From IMG/VR virus record IMGVR_UViG_3300049436_000042, positions 1 through 43,095 of that record: DNA of 43,095 nucleotides. One strand, given 5' to 3'. Positions 8,656 to 17,088 of this stretch are shown piece after piece. This DNA comes from a virus (taxonomy: Duplodnaviria; Caudoviricetes). Made by a program: the position numbers and the translations under genes. The notes below the pieces were generated by a model. That model did not search any database. It was not told the DNA's origin and worked only from the letters and a program-made list of their open reading frames with translations. The stretch's first letter is position 1. Each line of letters opens with the position of its first letter.

Positions 8656-8985
8656 ATGGGTCCGTCGTCTGGAAGTGAGCAGCTTCACCGCGTTGTTTTA
8701 ACTCTCCCGAACATCGGAGAGGAGGATAACGCCTGGGTGGACATCGCAGGCCTGACAATGGCGAGGTTGTTCGGTGAAGCCCAGGGGCATGAAGCCGTGT
8801 TCCTGGAACTCGACGAAACGACTGGTGAGGCGGTTTTTCGCATCACGGTAGTAATCGTCGCCTTCGCTCCGACAATCAATGCCAGCGTCCAGTCGGTGCT
8901 GGTCAACCTGATGATGTTGCTCGTAAGCGGGACTTTAAATGAGAACGTGACCGTCGAAATTGACGGTACGCCGCTCTCGTTCTAA
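8656..8985 (+). CDS. Hypothetical protein
   Basis: AAAGGA RBS; hairpins upstream (8607-8632) and downstream (8994-9019). Confidence 0.6.
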   Translation: MGPSSGSEQLHRVVLTLPNIGEEDNAWVDIAGLTMARLFGEAQGHEAVFLELDETTGEAVFRITVVIVAFAPTINASVQSVLVNLMMLLVSGTLNENVTVEIDGTPLSF

Positions 8986-9082
8986 AGTCTCACGAGGCCG
9001 CAGCGCTCCCTGCGGCCTCACTTCCAGCAGGCCACTTCCTAAGATCAATTATAATGGATAGCGTAGATGGAGGGTATAACCA

Positions 9083-9271
9083 ATGGCAGTCAAGCAATCA
9101 TTCAATTTAACAGAAGATCAAGATGAAGCCTTGAACGAATTGATTCACAAGTCCGGACTCCAGAAGGGTCAGGTGATCCGGCGTGCGCTGAAGAAGCTGG
9201 CCGAGGAATATGCCGTAGATTGGCCCGAAGACCCCGCGCCCGGTCGCCCGTGGCCTAAAGAGCGCGAGTGA
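9083..9271 (+). CDS. Second ribbon-helix-helix protein
   Basis: KQSFNLTEDQDEALNELIHKSGLQKGQVIRRALKKLA; GGAGG RBS; TATAAT upstream; terminator at about 9281-9300. Confidence 0.75.
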   Translation: MAVKQSFNLTEDQDEALNELIHKSGLQKGQVIRRALKKLAEEYAVDWPEDPAPGRPWPKERE

Positions 9272-9311
9272 TGCCCATCAGCCCCGCAAGGGGCGTTTTT
9301 CCCCTCATACG

Positions 9312-9340
9312 TGAACATTTGCTCTGTAATCTGGTACAAT
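9312..9340 (+). promoter_or_regulatory. Promoter with extended -10 and an overlapping SOS-box-like site
   Basis: TGAACA-17 bp-TACAAT with TGn; GAAC-ATTT-GCTC at 9313-9324. Confidence 0.5.
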
Positions 9341-9376
9341 AGTGGCATCGTTCACAGAATTGAAAAGGTGACGTGT

Positions 9377-9466
9377 ATGCCGAAACCAAAACACAACGAT
9401 CCGAGTCGTGAAATACGAACGTACCCATTTCGAGATCCCCCCCCGTCTAGACGAAGTACCACCTAA
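9377..9466 (+). CDS. Unannotated 29-aa ORF; may extend to 9539 in the +1 frame
   Basis: AAAAGGTG RBS then ATG; MPKPKHNDPSREIRTYPFRDPPPSRRSTT; lies between a promoter and a terminator. Confidence 0.4.
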   Translation: MPKPKHNDPSREIRTYPFRDPPPSRRSTT

Positions 9467-9544
9467 AAACCCAACGCAGACTCCACAGCAGCAGCCACAA
9501 AACCCGCCACCACCGCCGCCATCAACGACTGACAAATAAACAGC

Positions 9545-9571
9545 AAAACGCCCCCGTCACTGGGGCGTTTT
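9545..9571. terminator. Bidirectional terminator between the + strand units and the late operon
   Basis: AAAACGCCCC-CGTCACT-GGGGCGTTTT. Confidence 0.85.
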
Positions 9572-9609
9572 CAGTGTGTCACTGAAATAAATATAAGACC
9601 GGGCTTTCT

Positions 9610-10878
9610 TTATTGCACGTATACCTGCGCCAATTCCGCCAAACGGCCCCGCAGATTAGCGCGCGGCCATGCCGACAGTTCCATCGCGTCATACCAGGCA
9701 GTTGCCCAGAGCACCGTGCCGTTCACCCTGCGCACATATCCCGCGATATCCTGAAAATCAACCAACTGATTCCCATCACCGGCAGCAAACTCGGTGATAC
9801 AGACGGGCAGGCCTGTCGGTAGATCGAGCAGCTCGTAGCGGTAGACGGTGTATTGATTCCACGAATCATAATCCGCCAGCCCCGCGTCCGGCTTGACCGG
9901 GTAAGCATTAAAGCCGATACATCCACCAGCATCCCGCAGTTTGATCAGCACCGGGCGTAAAATTTGACTCCACGCCAGATCGGGCGCGCCAGAATTGAAG
10001 ACTGTCGGCACAATTCGAGGCACGCCCGCCGCCCGTGCACGATCTACAATCTCCGAAATCCAATCGCGTAAATACTCGCCTGACGGCCACCAACACTCAT
10101 TGCTGATCACGAGCCACGTGTAAGTCACCTGCCCCGATCCAGCCATGACGGTAGACCACCACACCCGCGCGCTGATCTCCGCTGGATGTGTATTATCTGG
10201 ACAGTCTCCGACCGGAGCCCGCCACGCCACCACCCACCCGGCGCGGTGCAGCGCGCGAGCAGTGTCAGCATCCCCATAAACAGTGGCGGCAGGTCGCACC
10301 CCTGCCGCTGTTAATTGATTTCCGAAGTGGACTAGTTCGTCACGGTTTGCGCCGGGTCCTGCCCAGATACCCCAGCTTGTAGTAAAGCCGCATTGAGCAT
10401 CCAGGCCGATAGTGACAAACGCGCTCGATACCCACCCGATCTGGGTGTCAGTCCACTGGATCTGATACCATGCCACACCACTCACGACTAAGCGAGACTC
10501 GAAGGCCAGGATATCATTTTTATGGACCTGACCGAGGATTGTACCTCCAGGAGTGGCGCGCACATTGAGAGTGTCTGCCGTTACCGTGCCCCAACACCGA
10601 TCCGCCGCTGGCGTTGCCGTCGGTGTTTCGGTTGGCTTCGGCTCCAGTGTCGCCGCGACAGTCGGCAGTACGGTGCTTTCCAGCGTCGGGCTAGGCTCCA
10701 CCGTGGTCGGTCCAATCGGCAAAATCGTATCCTGCCCATCAGCACCGCGCACCACGACCCCCACGACATAATCCCCGCTGCCTACCGTCGTATACGGCGA
10801 CGCGGCACCCCGCCAGGCCAAAACCAGGAGGAGCGTGATCAATGCCCCGATCAGCGCTCCTGGAATCTGCCGCCTCAT
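9610..10878 (-). CDS. Putative lysin: signal/anchor, SH3b domain and clan GH-A-like glycoside hydrolase
   Basis: N-terminal hydrophobic helix; T/P linker; SH3b LNVRATPG...WYQI...GWVS; ISNEC, FNAYP and VCITEFA motifs; last gene of the late operon. Confidence 0.6.
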   Translation of the reverse strand: MRRQIPGALIGALITLLLVLAWRGAASPYTTVGSGDYVVGVVVRGADGQDTILPIGPTTVEPSPTLESTVLPTVAATLEPKPTETPTATPAADRCWGTVTADTLNVRATPGGTILGQVHKNDILAFESRLVVSGVAWYQIQWTDTQIGWVSSAFVTIGLDAQCGFTTSWGIWAGPGANRDELVHFGNQLTAAGVRPAATVYGDADTARALHRAGWVVAWRAPVGDCPDNTHPAEISARVWWSTVMAGSGQVTYTWLVISNECWWPSGEYLRDWISEIVDRARAAGVPRIVPTVFNSGAPDLAWSQILRPVLIKLRDAGGCIGFNAYPVKPDAGLADYDSWNQYTVYRYELLDLPTGLPVCITEFAAGDGNQLVDFQDIAGYVRRVNGTVLWATAWYDAMELSAWPRANLRGRLAELAQVYVQ

Positions 10879-11282
10879 TTTCCGCCACCACCGGGCACGG
10901 CTTCACTCTCCGGTTCGCCATCGGTCAGATTATCGAGTGCTGCAAATATCGCTCGTCCCCAGGTCGCGAGCTGCGTAGCTGTAAGCTCGATTCCAAGGGT
11001 TTTTGCGAATTGCACAAGTATCGCGATGCTGCCCGCCAAATTCGCCAGTTGGATGATGGCCGGGTCCGTAGCTTCATCGAAATAGGTACTCGCCTGTTTG
11101 ACACTCTGATTCGCCAGGTGCCCGACTCCGGTTTGCCCAAACGCCACCAGCGCCTGATCAACGCCCTGATAGATACCATTCAGCTTGGAGATGGACCGAA
11201 CCAGCAGCCCCACCAAGCCAACCAACAAGGCGATCAGAATAAACAACCCGATTCCAAAAAGAATCTGTACACTTTCGTTCAT
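10875..11282 (-). CDS. Membrane protein, holin-like
   Basis: N-terminal transmembrane helix; overlaps the start of the lysin candidate. Confidence 0.45.
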   Translation of the reverse strand: MNESVQILFGIGLFILIALLVGLVGLLVRSISKLNGIYQGVDQALVAFGQTGVGHLANQSVKQASTYFDEATDPAIIQLANLAGSIAILVQFAKTLGIELTATQLATWGRAIFAALDNLTDGEPESEAVPGGGGK

Positions 11283-12013
11283 GGTACGCTTTCTCCTTTA
11301 CTAGGGTCGGCAGCTTCCGCCGCCGCTTCAACTGTCGATAGTGTTACCACGGGTGGATCGCTGGCCTCAGCCGCTTCCGGCCCGTGCAGAGTCCCGGTTT
11401 CGCGTTTTTCGAGGGCTTCCAGCATCGACCGTAGATCGTCAAGCTGACTCTTCTGCTCGTCGCGTTCGCGTTTGACCTCGGCCATTTGAGTGATCAACAA
11501 GAACCGTTCACCCTTCAGATCGCGATTCTCTTTTTCGAGTTCGTCAATCCTTCGGGTCAAACCGGCGATCTGCTCATCCTTCTGCTGCACCAGCGTAGCT
11601 AATTCACCAATGCGCGCTTCGAGGGTTTGTTGGCAGTCCACCGCCGATTGCAATTCTTTTTGCAATTTATCCAACGCCTGGGTATGCAGCTCACTGGTCG
11701 TTTGGGCGAGACGTTTGTTCTTTTCGATATCGTCTGCCTGCGCATTCATGCGGCGGTTTAAGTCGATCCGGCTGTTCTCCCAGCGTTCCCGCTCGACCGC
11801 GTGTTTCAGACGTTCCTCGCTGGCAGCGGACAGCTCTTTATTGAGCTGCACCATCGTGTCGAAGAAATTGATCGTCGTCTGGCTGTTTTTGCTATTGGCG
11901 CGCGAAGTCCACGTTAGCGCGCCGAGCAGCGCCAGGATCACGGCAATCACCCCGCCGATGACCAGCGCGACTTGCCAGGGATCAACCTCAAAGGTAATGC
12001 TGCTTAAAAACAT
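11279..12013 (-). CDS. Single-TM coiled-coil protein of the lysis region
   Basis: One N-terminal TM helix followed by a long heptad region. Confidence 0.55.
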   Translation of the reverse strand: MFLSSITFEVDPWQVALVIGGVIAVILALLGALTWTSRANSKNSQTTINFFDTMVQLNKELSAASEERLKHAVERERWENSRIDLNRRMNAQADDIEKNKRLAQTTSELHTQALDKLQKELQSAVDCQQTLEARIGELATLVQQKDEQIAGLTRRIDELEKENRDLKGERFLLITQMAEVKRERDEQKSQLDDLRSMLEALEKRETGTLHGPEAAEASDPPVVTLSTVEAAAEAADPSKGESVP

Positions 12014-12094
12014 GATTCCCCTACTACTCTCCGGGGCCGTTAGGTGTACAATACGATCAAACCGCTGTCGGTGGCCCCCCCACCGGTGGCGGTT

Positions 12095-12457
12095 TTAACT
12101 GCCGACCAGGGGAGCGTAGTGCCCCCATCGATCCGGGTAAAGCCGGATCACCTGACGCATCACGTCGCGCCATGCCAGATCAAACGCCACTGTGCCATCA
12201 CAGTAGATAAAAAGGGCAATCTGCCATTCCGTGGATGGCTGTATCATCCGGTCATATTCCACCGTGATCCGATCCACATACGCCACTTCGCGCGCGCCAG
12301 TGGTCAATTCACTGGCGATGGCCTGATAATCCTGACCGCTGATATTCCACGTCAGACAGGGCACTTCTTCCGCCGCCTGCCCCTGCACCGTAGCATGGCC
12401 CATCCCAATCAGGGCCAGCAGCAACACCACAATCAAAATCGAACGTTTGATCATCAT
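12095..12457 (-). CDS. Small secreted hypothetical protein
   Basis: Signal peptide; 4-bp overlap with the upstream gene. Confidence 0.55.
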   Translation of the reverse strand: MMIKRSILIVVLLLALIGMGHATVQGQAAEEVPCLTWNISGQDYQAIASELTTGAREVAYVDRITVEYDRMIQPSTEWQIALFIYCDGTVAFDLAWRDVMRQVIRLYPDRWGHYAPLVGS

Positions 12458-13041
12458 GCCTTTACCACCTCATCACTCGCCGGGGAGAGAAATCCCCGCA
12501 GTCCGTTGCTATCAATCGCGCTGATTCGTGCCCGATACGTTCCCGCCGCCAGCGCCGTCAGCGGGATCGCGATCTGCCGGATGTGAGGATCAGTCCCCGA
12601 CAGTGTAAAAACAGCAGTGCGATTCACCGCCCCAGCGAAGCCCAGCAGCAGCACATACGCCTTGGTGGGGGGTGTCTCGAAATACACTGAGATCACGAAC
12701 TGCGAATTGATCGTGATCGTCGGCTTCTGCGGCGCTGGCAGGCGTGCCCCGGTTGTCAGCTTGTCCGACATCACTACCTCGCTGCCATTGGCTTGCATAT
12801 CCTCCAGGAACGCCTTTAATACATGCGTATCCAGTGCCGCCGCCAGCGTAGGATACTGCGCGCCATAGTCCCGGATCAGGCTGTTTAGCAGTTGGGCTAC
12901 CGTCATGCTGGCATACCGCCCCACGCCGATGTAGTTTTCAATCGCCGTGCTCAGCCCTGAATCCCACAGCAGCAGCAGGAGATCCTGCGAGATCACCCGC
13001 GCTTCACTGTCGGTCGATATAAATTGTGGTATCGTCGCCAT
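12454..13041 (-). CDS. Tail-associated protein with a C-terminal FN3/Ig-like domain
   Basis: PQKPTI...AGTYRARISAIDSNG pattern; follows the tail tip gene. Confidence 0.5.
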   Translation of the reverse strand: MATIPQFISTDSEARVISQDLLLLLWDSGLSTAIENYIGVGRYASMTVAQLLNSLIRDYGAQYPTLAAALDTHVLKAFLEDMQANGSEVVMSDKLTTGARLPAPQKPTITINSQFVISVYFETPPTKAYVLLLGFAGAVNRTAVFTLSGTDPHIRQIAIPLTALAAGTYRARISAIDSNGLRGFLSPASDEVVKA

Positions 13042-16000
13042 TTAGCCTCCCTTGATCGCTTGTGTCACTGCCCACACTTTGATGGTTGCTTCCACTCGGC
13101 CACTGCACGCCGCCGACACGGTGAAGCTGGGTCCCGTATAGCCGGGCACGTTCTGATTCCAAGTACCGGTGATCGTTCTGCCCCAGGATTCCATCTCGAT
13201 AATATGATCTGCGTAGACGCCGTAGCTGCTGCCCAGGATGATGTCAGTAATGTCGAATTCTTCATCAAATTGGCTATTCGCATTACTCGCGGTGAGCCAC
13301 GGTCCGCTGAACGTAGACGACACATCGACCCCATCGATATACAGGTGCAGCCCGGCGGGATAATCTGGCCCCTCCGCCACCCCGTACCAGTATTGCAGCA
13401 GTGCGTCCGTGCTGGCGATGCCATCGACCACCGCCGTAGTCACTGGTTTATAAGTCACCAGGCGCAGCTTAATCCGGGTAAGATGCATGATGCTGTCATC
13501 GATGGGCAGCACGAAGCGCGCTTTATGGGTCAAAATAAGCGTTCCCCCGGCGCGCATATAGGAAAGTGAGGAATTTATGAAATCGTTGTAGGTATAGTTG
13601 AAGGTCGTCGGGTACGGCTTCACCTGCACATTCGCGATGGACACACTCTCCATCGTCCCGACAATCGAGTCGATCAAATCGACCGGGCCCCGCGCCAGAT
13701 TACTAAGCTCCAGATCAATCGAGGGACTATCTCCCAGACGCTCGGTCACGCGTGTGATCCAGTAGTCGGTGTTCGTGTCCAACCACGAGACTTTATTCCC
13801 GTCGTTGTCGTAAACGTACCCTTTGTACGTCAACCGGATTATCTGACCGGGTAACAGCGTGGCGAAGGCTTTCCGTACCACGCAGCTATAGACCGTGTGC
13901 TGATCCTTGTGCAGCAGCAGCCACGCCACCGCCGCGTCATACAGCGCATTCGCCGCGTTGGTAATGTCCGGAGAACTATGGCTGAGGGGTGAGATATCCA
14001 CCGTGAATATTTTTTCGATCTGCCCATACGCGGTAATGCTGGTCGCATCCGAGAGATAATAAATCGTCCGTCCGTCTGGCCCGGTCATCGTCTGCACCTG
14101 GTACGGATCGGTGTTCGGCGTGGTCGTCGTGACCTTAAAGATCGCATCCGTCCCGGTGATGTCGGACCAGGATGATACATACGACGACATTATGCCGTTC
14201 GTAAAGGTGGGAGAGCTGCCATCCGCATACCACACCACATAATTGGTATTGCTTTGACTGCCGCTGGTTTCCAGCGCGATTCGCACGCTTTCACCTGCGG
14301 GTGGCACACAGGACGGACTGAATGTAAATTCGATCTCGCCCGGCGAGGTGCTGAGTCCACTGGTGGCGACCGCCGCGCTGGTACCGTTGCTGTAAAGGCT
14401 GTTATCGCTGGCCTTGAGCAGCTTCACCGTCAGGTTATCCGTAGGCGCGCCCACCTTCGCCAGCCGCAGCGTAGTGCTGCTGATCGGCTCGCCATCGGCC
14501 ACAAATGTCTGGCCCAGTTTGACATTAGCAACCACGGCGCTGGTAGTAATCGTCAGATATAAATCGGTTGTGGAAGCTGCCCAGGAACCACCAGCGTCAG
14601 TCGATTGAGTACGCGATCCACTGGCATACACACTGGTGGTTGTGCTGTGGATCAGCCAGTAGTTGTTCGATCCGAGTCCCGCATTCGTGGGTTTGAGAAT
14701 CAGGTGGTAGGTTGTCCCCGCAATAATCGTAGGCCCATTCGTGACCGTGACGGTATTCACGGCACTGGCAGTTGGGGAATATGTTCCTGTACCTAATACA
14801 GAACCCACGTTGCCACCGCTGTCGGCACAGAGTTGCCATGTCATTGTGCCTGGTGTCCCCGTAGTGGCCCCGTGAGAATCAACAAACTGCGAAAACGGCC
14901 CGGAATTAGCGGGTGTAAAGGTTTGTTTCTGCCAAAACGTAGTTCCACCAGAATTACCCACGATACGAGTCGTGCTGCCCGTGGTATCAATAGTCGTCAG
15001 CCCACCCGCGTAGGCTTCACCTTGTAGCTGTTTGGTGGTATCCGCATTCACCGCTGGATACTCGGCGGGCGTGCCGATCACATCCTGCCCGCGCGTGGAA
15101 TGTTCCAGCGTCAGCGCCGCTTCCCCGCCCGATCCACCGCCCAACGGCACAATCCAGTTCGCGATCTCCTCACTGTCATACACCCATCGCAGCGTGTCAA
15201 TCAGCGCGACATCATTGTTGTTTGCGAGGTCTTCCATCCCCGCGTGCCCGGCCTGGATGATGCGCAGCGAGGCTGCGTCCCCCAGGGCCCCCAATTCGAT
15301 CTCTTTCCCGGTGCCTAGCCGGAAATGCAGCCCTTGATTTTTCGCGACGCTTTGCACCGCTTTGAGCACGCTTGTGCCATCGAAGCGCGCATAAATTGCC
15401 TTATCATCAGTGATGGTGCTGGTATCGGCTGTCCAGCCCGTGGGCAGCGCCATCAGGCCATCAACGACCGTGCTGATCGTGTCCCCGTCGTAAATTCGTG
15501 CGAGCAGGCAGTTTTTATCCTGCAATTCTTTCATAATGTCGGGGCCGCTGGCTGACATGGCCCACCCCGAAGGGCTTTCCTCGCCGCCAATCTTCTCGAC
15601 GATTCCATAGCCCACTTCGCGCTTAGATTCATCCGCGCCCATCACCCCCGTGATTGTCATGCACAGATCGCGCGCCGCGTTCATCGACCAACCCAACCCG
15701 TTCGCGCTGGAGGTAAGTTGCCCGTCCGCATAGGTACTGGTCGTATTGCGCTTGAGACGATAGGTTCCCACGACTCCATCGTGATAAAACACAACCCACA
15801 ATCGGCTGTCCTTATCAATTGTCGGCCCATCGGCGAGATTAATCGTATTTAGCACATCCGACGTCGGCATCCACTCCCCGGAATAATACAGGCTGGCGGG
15901 AGCAGCACTGCCCGTGTAGATAAAGTACCGCATCGGCAGAGTCGGCGTAGGAATCGTCGGTCCCATTTCAATCGTAAATTGTTCCACCCGTCCGCCCAGC

Positions 16001-16287
16001 CATAAAAACGACTGTCCAAAGTAGGGAGTTATACCACTAAGGTTGACGCTTTCCTGCGTCGCCGTGGGGATAACAATCCGGTTCACCTCGCGCGGCTGCT
16101 GCGCCCAGATCCGTGCCCGCCGTTTGTTCAGCAGCAGGTCCTGCACGCGCTTGTCTGTTGCCGGAGCCGTAAACGAGACTTCGCCCGCGCCATCGAGCAC
16201 GCGCGTCACGCTGGCCGACGCCAACTGAATCGGCCCCTCGCCCTGAATAACCCCTGCTGCGTTTTCGATATCTGCCCAGATCTGCAT
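13042..16287 (-). CDS. Tail tip / baseplate hub (Tal-like) with inserted beta-sandwich domains
   Basis: Follows Dit; hub-like segments interrupted by three GQ[S/T]F-type modules. Confidence 0.7.
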   Translation of the reverse strand: MQIWADIENAAGVIQGEGPIQLASASVTRVLDGAGEVSFTAPATDKRVQDLLLNKRRARIWAQQPREVNRIVIPTATQESVNLSGITPYFGQSFLWLGGRVEQFTIEMGPTIPTPTLPMRYFIYTGSAAPASLYYSGEWMPTSDVLNTINLADGPTIDKDSRLWVVFYHDGVVGTYRLKRNTTSTYADGQLTSSANGLGWSMNAARDLCMTITGVMGADESKREVGYGIVEKIGGEESPSGWAMSASGPDIMKELQDKNCLLARIYDGDTISTVVDGLMALPTGWTADTSTITDDKAIYARFDGTSVLKAVQSVAKNQGLHFRLGTGKEIELGALGDAASLRIIQAGHAGMEDLANNNDVALIDTLRWVYDSEEIANWIVPLGGGSGGEAALTLEHSTRGQDVIGTPAEYPAVNADTTKQLQGEAYAGGLTTIDTTGSTTRIVGNSGGTTFWQKQTFTPANSGPFSQFVDSHGATTGTPGTMTWQLCADSGGNVGSVLGTGTYSPTASAVNTVTVTNGPTIIAGTTYHLILKPTNAGLGSNNYWLIHSTTTSVYASGSRTQSTDAGGSWAASTTDLYLTITTSAVVANVKLGQTFVADGEPISSTTLRLAKVGAPTDNLTVKLLKASDNSLYSNGTSAAVATSGLSTSPGEIEFTFSPSCVPPAGESVRIALETSGSQSNTNYVVWYADGSSPTFTNGIMSSYVSSWSDITGTDAIFKVTTTTPNTDPYQVQTMTGPDGRTIYYLSDATSITAYGQIEKIFTVDISPLSHSSPDITNAANALYDAAVAWLLLHKDQHTVYSCVVRKAFATLLPGQIIRLTYKGYVYDNDGNKVSWLDTNTDYWITRVTERLGDSPSIDLELSNLARGPVDLIDSIVGTMESVSIANVQVKPYPTTFNYTYNDFINSSLSYMRAGGTLILTHKARFVLPIDDSIMHLTRIKLRLVTYKPVTTAVVDGIASTDALLQYWYGVAEGPDYPAGLHLYIDGVDVSSTFSGPWLTASNANSQFDEEFDITDIILGSSYGVYADHIIEMESWGRTITGTWNQNVPGYTGPSFTVSAACSGRVEATIKVWAVTQAIKGG

Positions 16288-16293
16288 ATCCGC

Positions 16294-17088
16294 TTACCTG
16301 TAAGTGGGAAACCAAGTGAATAACACCGTCGCGGCGTCGCCCGCATTCGCGAAGATCACGCGCACGCTGTTTGCGCCGCTTGCCAGCCGGAACCAGGATG
16401 GATGTTCGAAATCAAAGGCGCTGTATCCATCGACAGTATCCCGTTTGACACTCTTGGATCGGCAGTTGATGATCAGGTTTTGCCCGGCGGTCAGCGTCCC
16501 CGTCCAGACAACCTCATCCATGACAACACTGCTCACCAGCCGTTGTATTTTGGGGTTCTGGCAGGTCTGCCCCACCCCGCACGAGACAGTGATGAGCGGC
16601 AGTACCATATCGTTCCCTGTAGGGGTGATGGTGTCATTGGTCTGGGTGCCGCTAGCGGTAACGCTGTCGCTGGCCTCGTCCAGATACCAGTGCGGTTCGC
16701 TGGCCTGGAAGGTGATGCTCCCCGACTGGAACAGGTCCGTGTGTTTGCTGAAATCGCGCGGCAAATTGATGTTGTTGACTCGCGCATAACACCAGCGCCA
16801 CAGCGTTTCACCCTGCGCCCGAAAATAGAGTTTGCGCTTGCCCAGCGCGGGCAGCGCGTACACAGCATCAATCAGCGCTTGCATCGCCTCTCGTGTGGAC
16901 GAGACCAGGATGAAGCTCGCCCGGACCTGACCAATTTCGCCCGGCGCTGGCTCCGATCCATACTGATCATGCCCGCCGTTGACTCCGGGCAGCCGCGTTG
17001 TTTGCGGAACCATATCGCCAAACGTATGGCTAAAAGGCCGGACATTCGGAAACGTATAGGTATCGAACTTCAGACCGACATCAGCCAT
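16294..17088 (-). CDS. Distal tail protein (Dit-like)
   Basis: Follows the tape measure gene; ITFQASEPHWY and WFRLASGANSV motifs. Confidence 0.75.
   Translation of the reverse strand: MADVGLKFDTYTFPNVRPFSHTFGDMVPQTTRLPGVNGGHDQYGSEPAPGEIGQVRASFILVSSTREAMQALIDAVYALPALGKRKLYFRAQGETLWRWCYARVNNINLPRDFSKHTDLFQSGSITFQASEPHWYLDEASDSVTASGTQTNDTITPTGNDMVLPLITVSCGVGQTCQNPKIQRLVSSVVMDEVVWTGTLTAGQNLIINCRSKSVKRDTVDGYSAFDFEHPSWFRLASGANSVRVIFANAGDAATVLFTWFPTYR

Noticed and set aside
9305-9535. Gly/Cys-rich - strand ORF as a RiPP or metallothionein precursor
   Set aside because: It is the shadow of the Pro/Gln-rich + strand; promoter, RBS and terminator all point to the + strand; no modifying enzymes nearby
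13042-16287. Diversity-generating retroelement target
   Set aside because: No reverse transcriptase and no template/variable repeat pair seen
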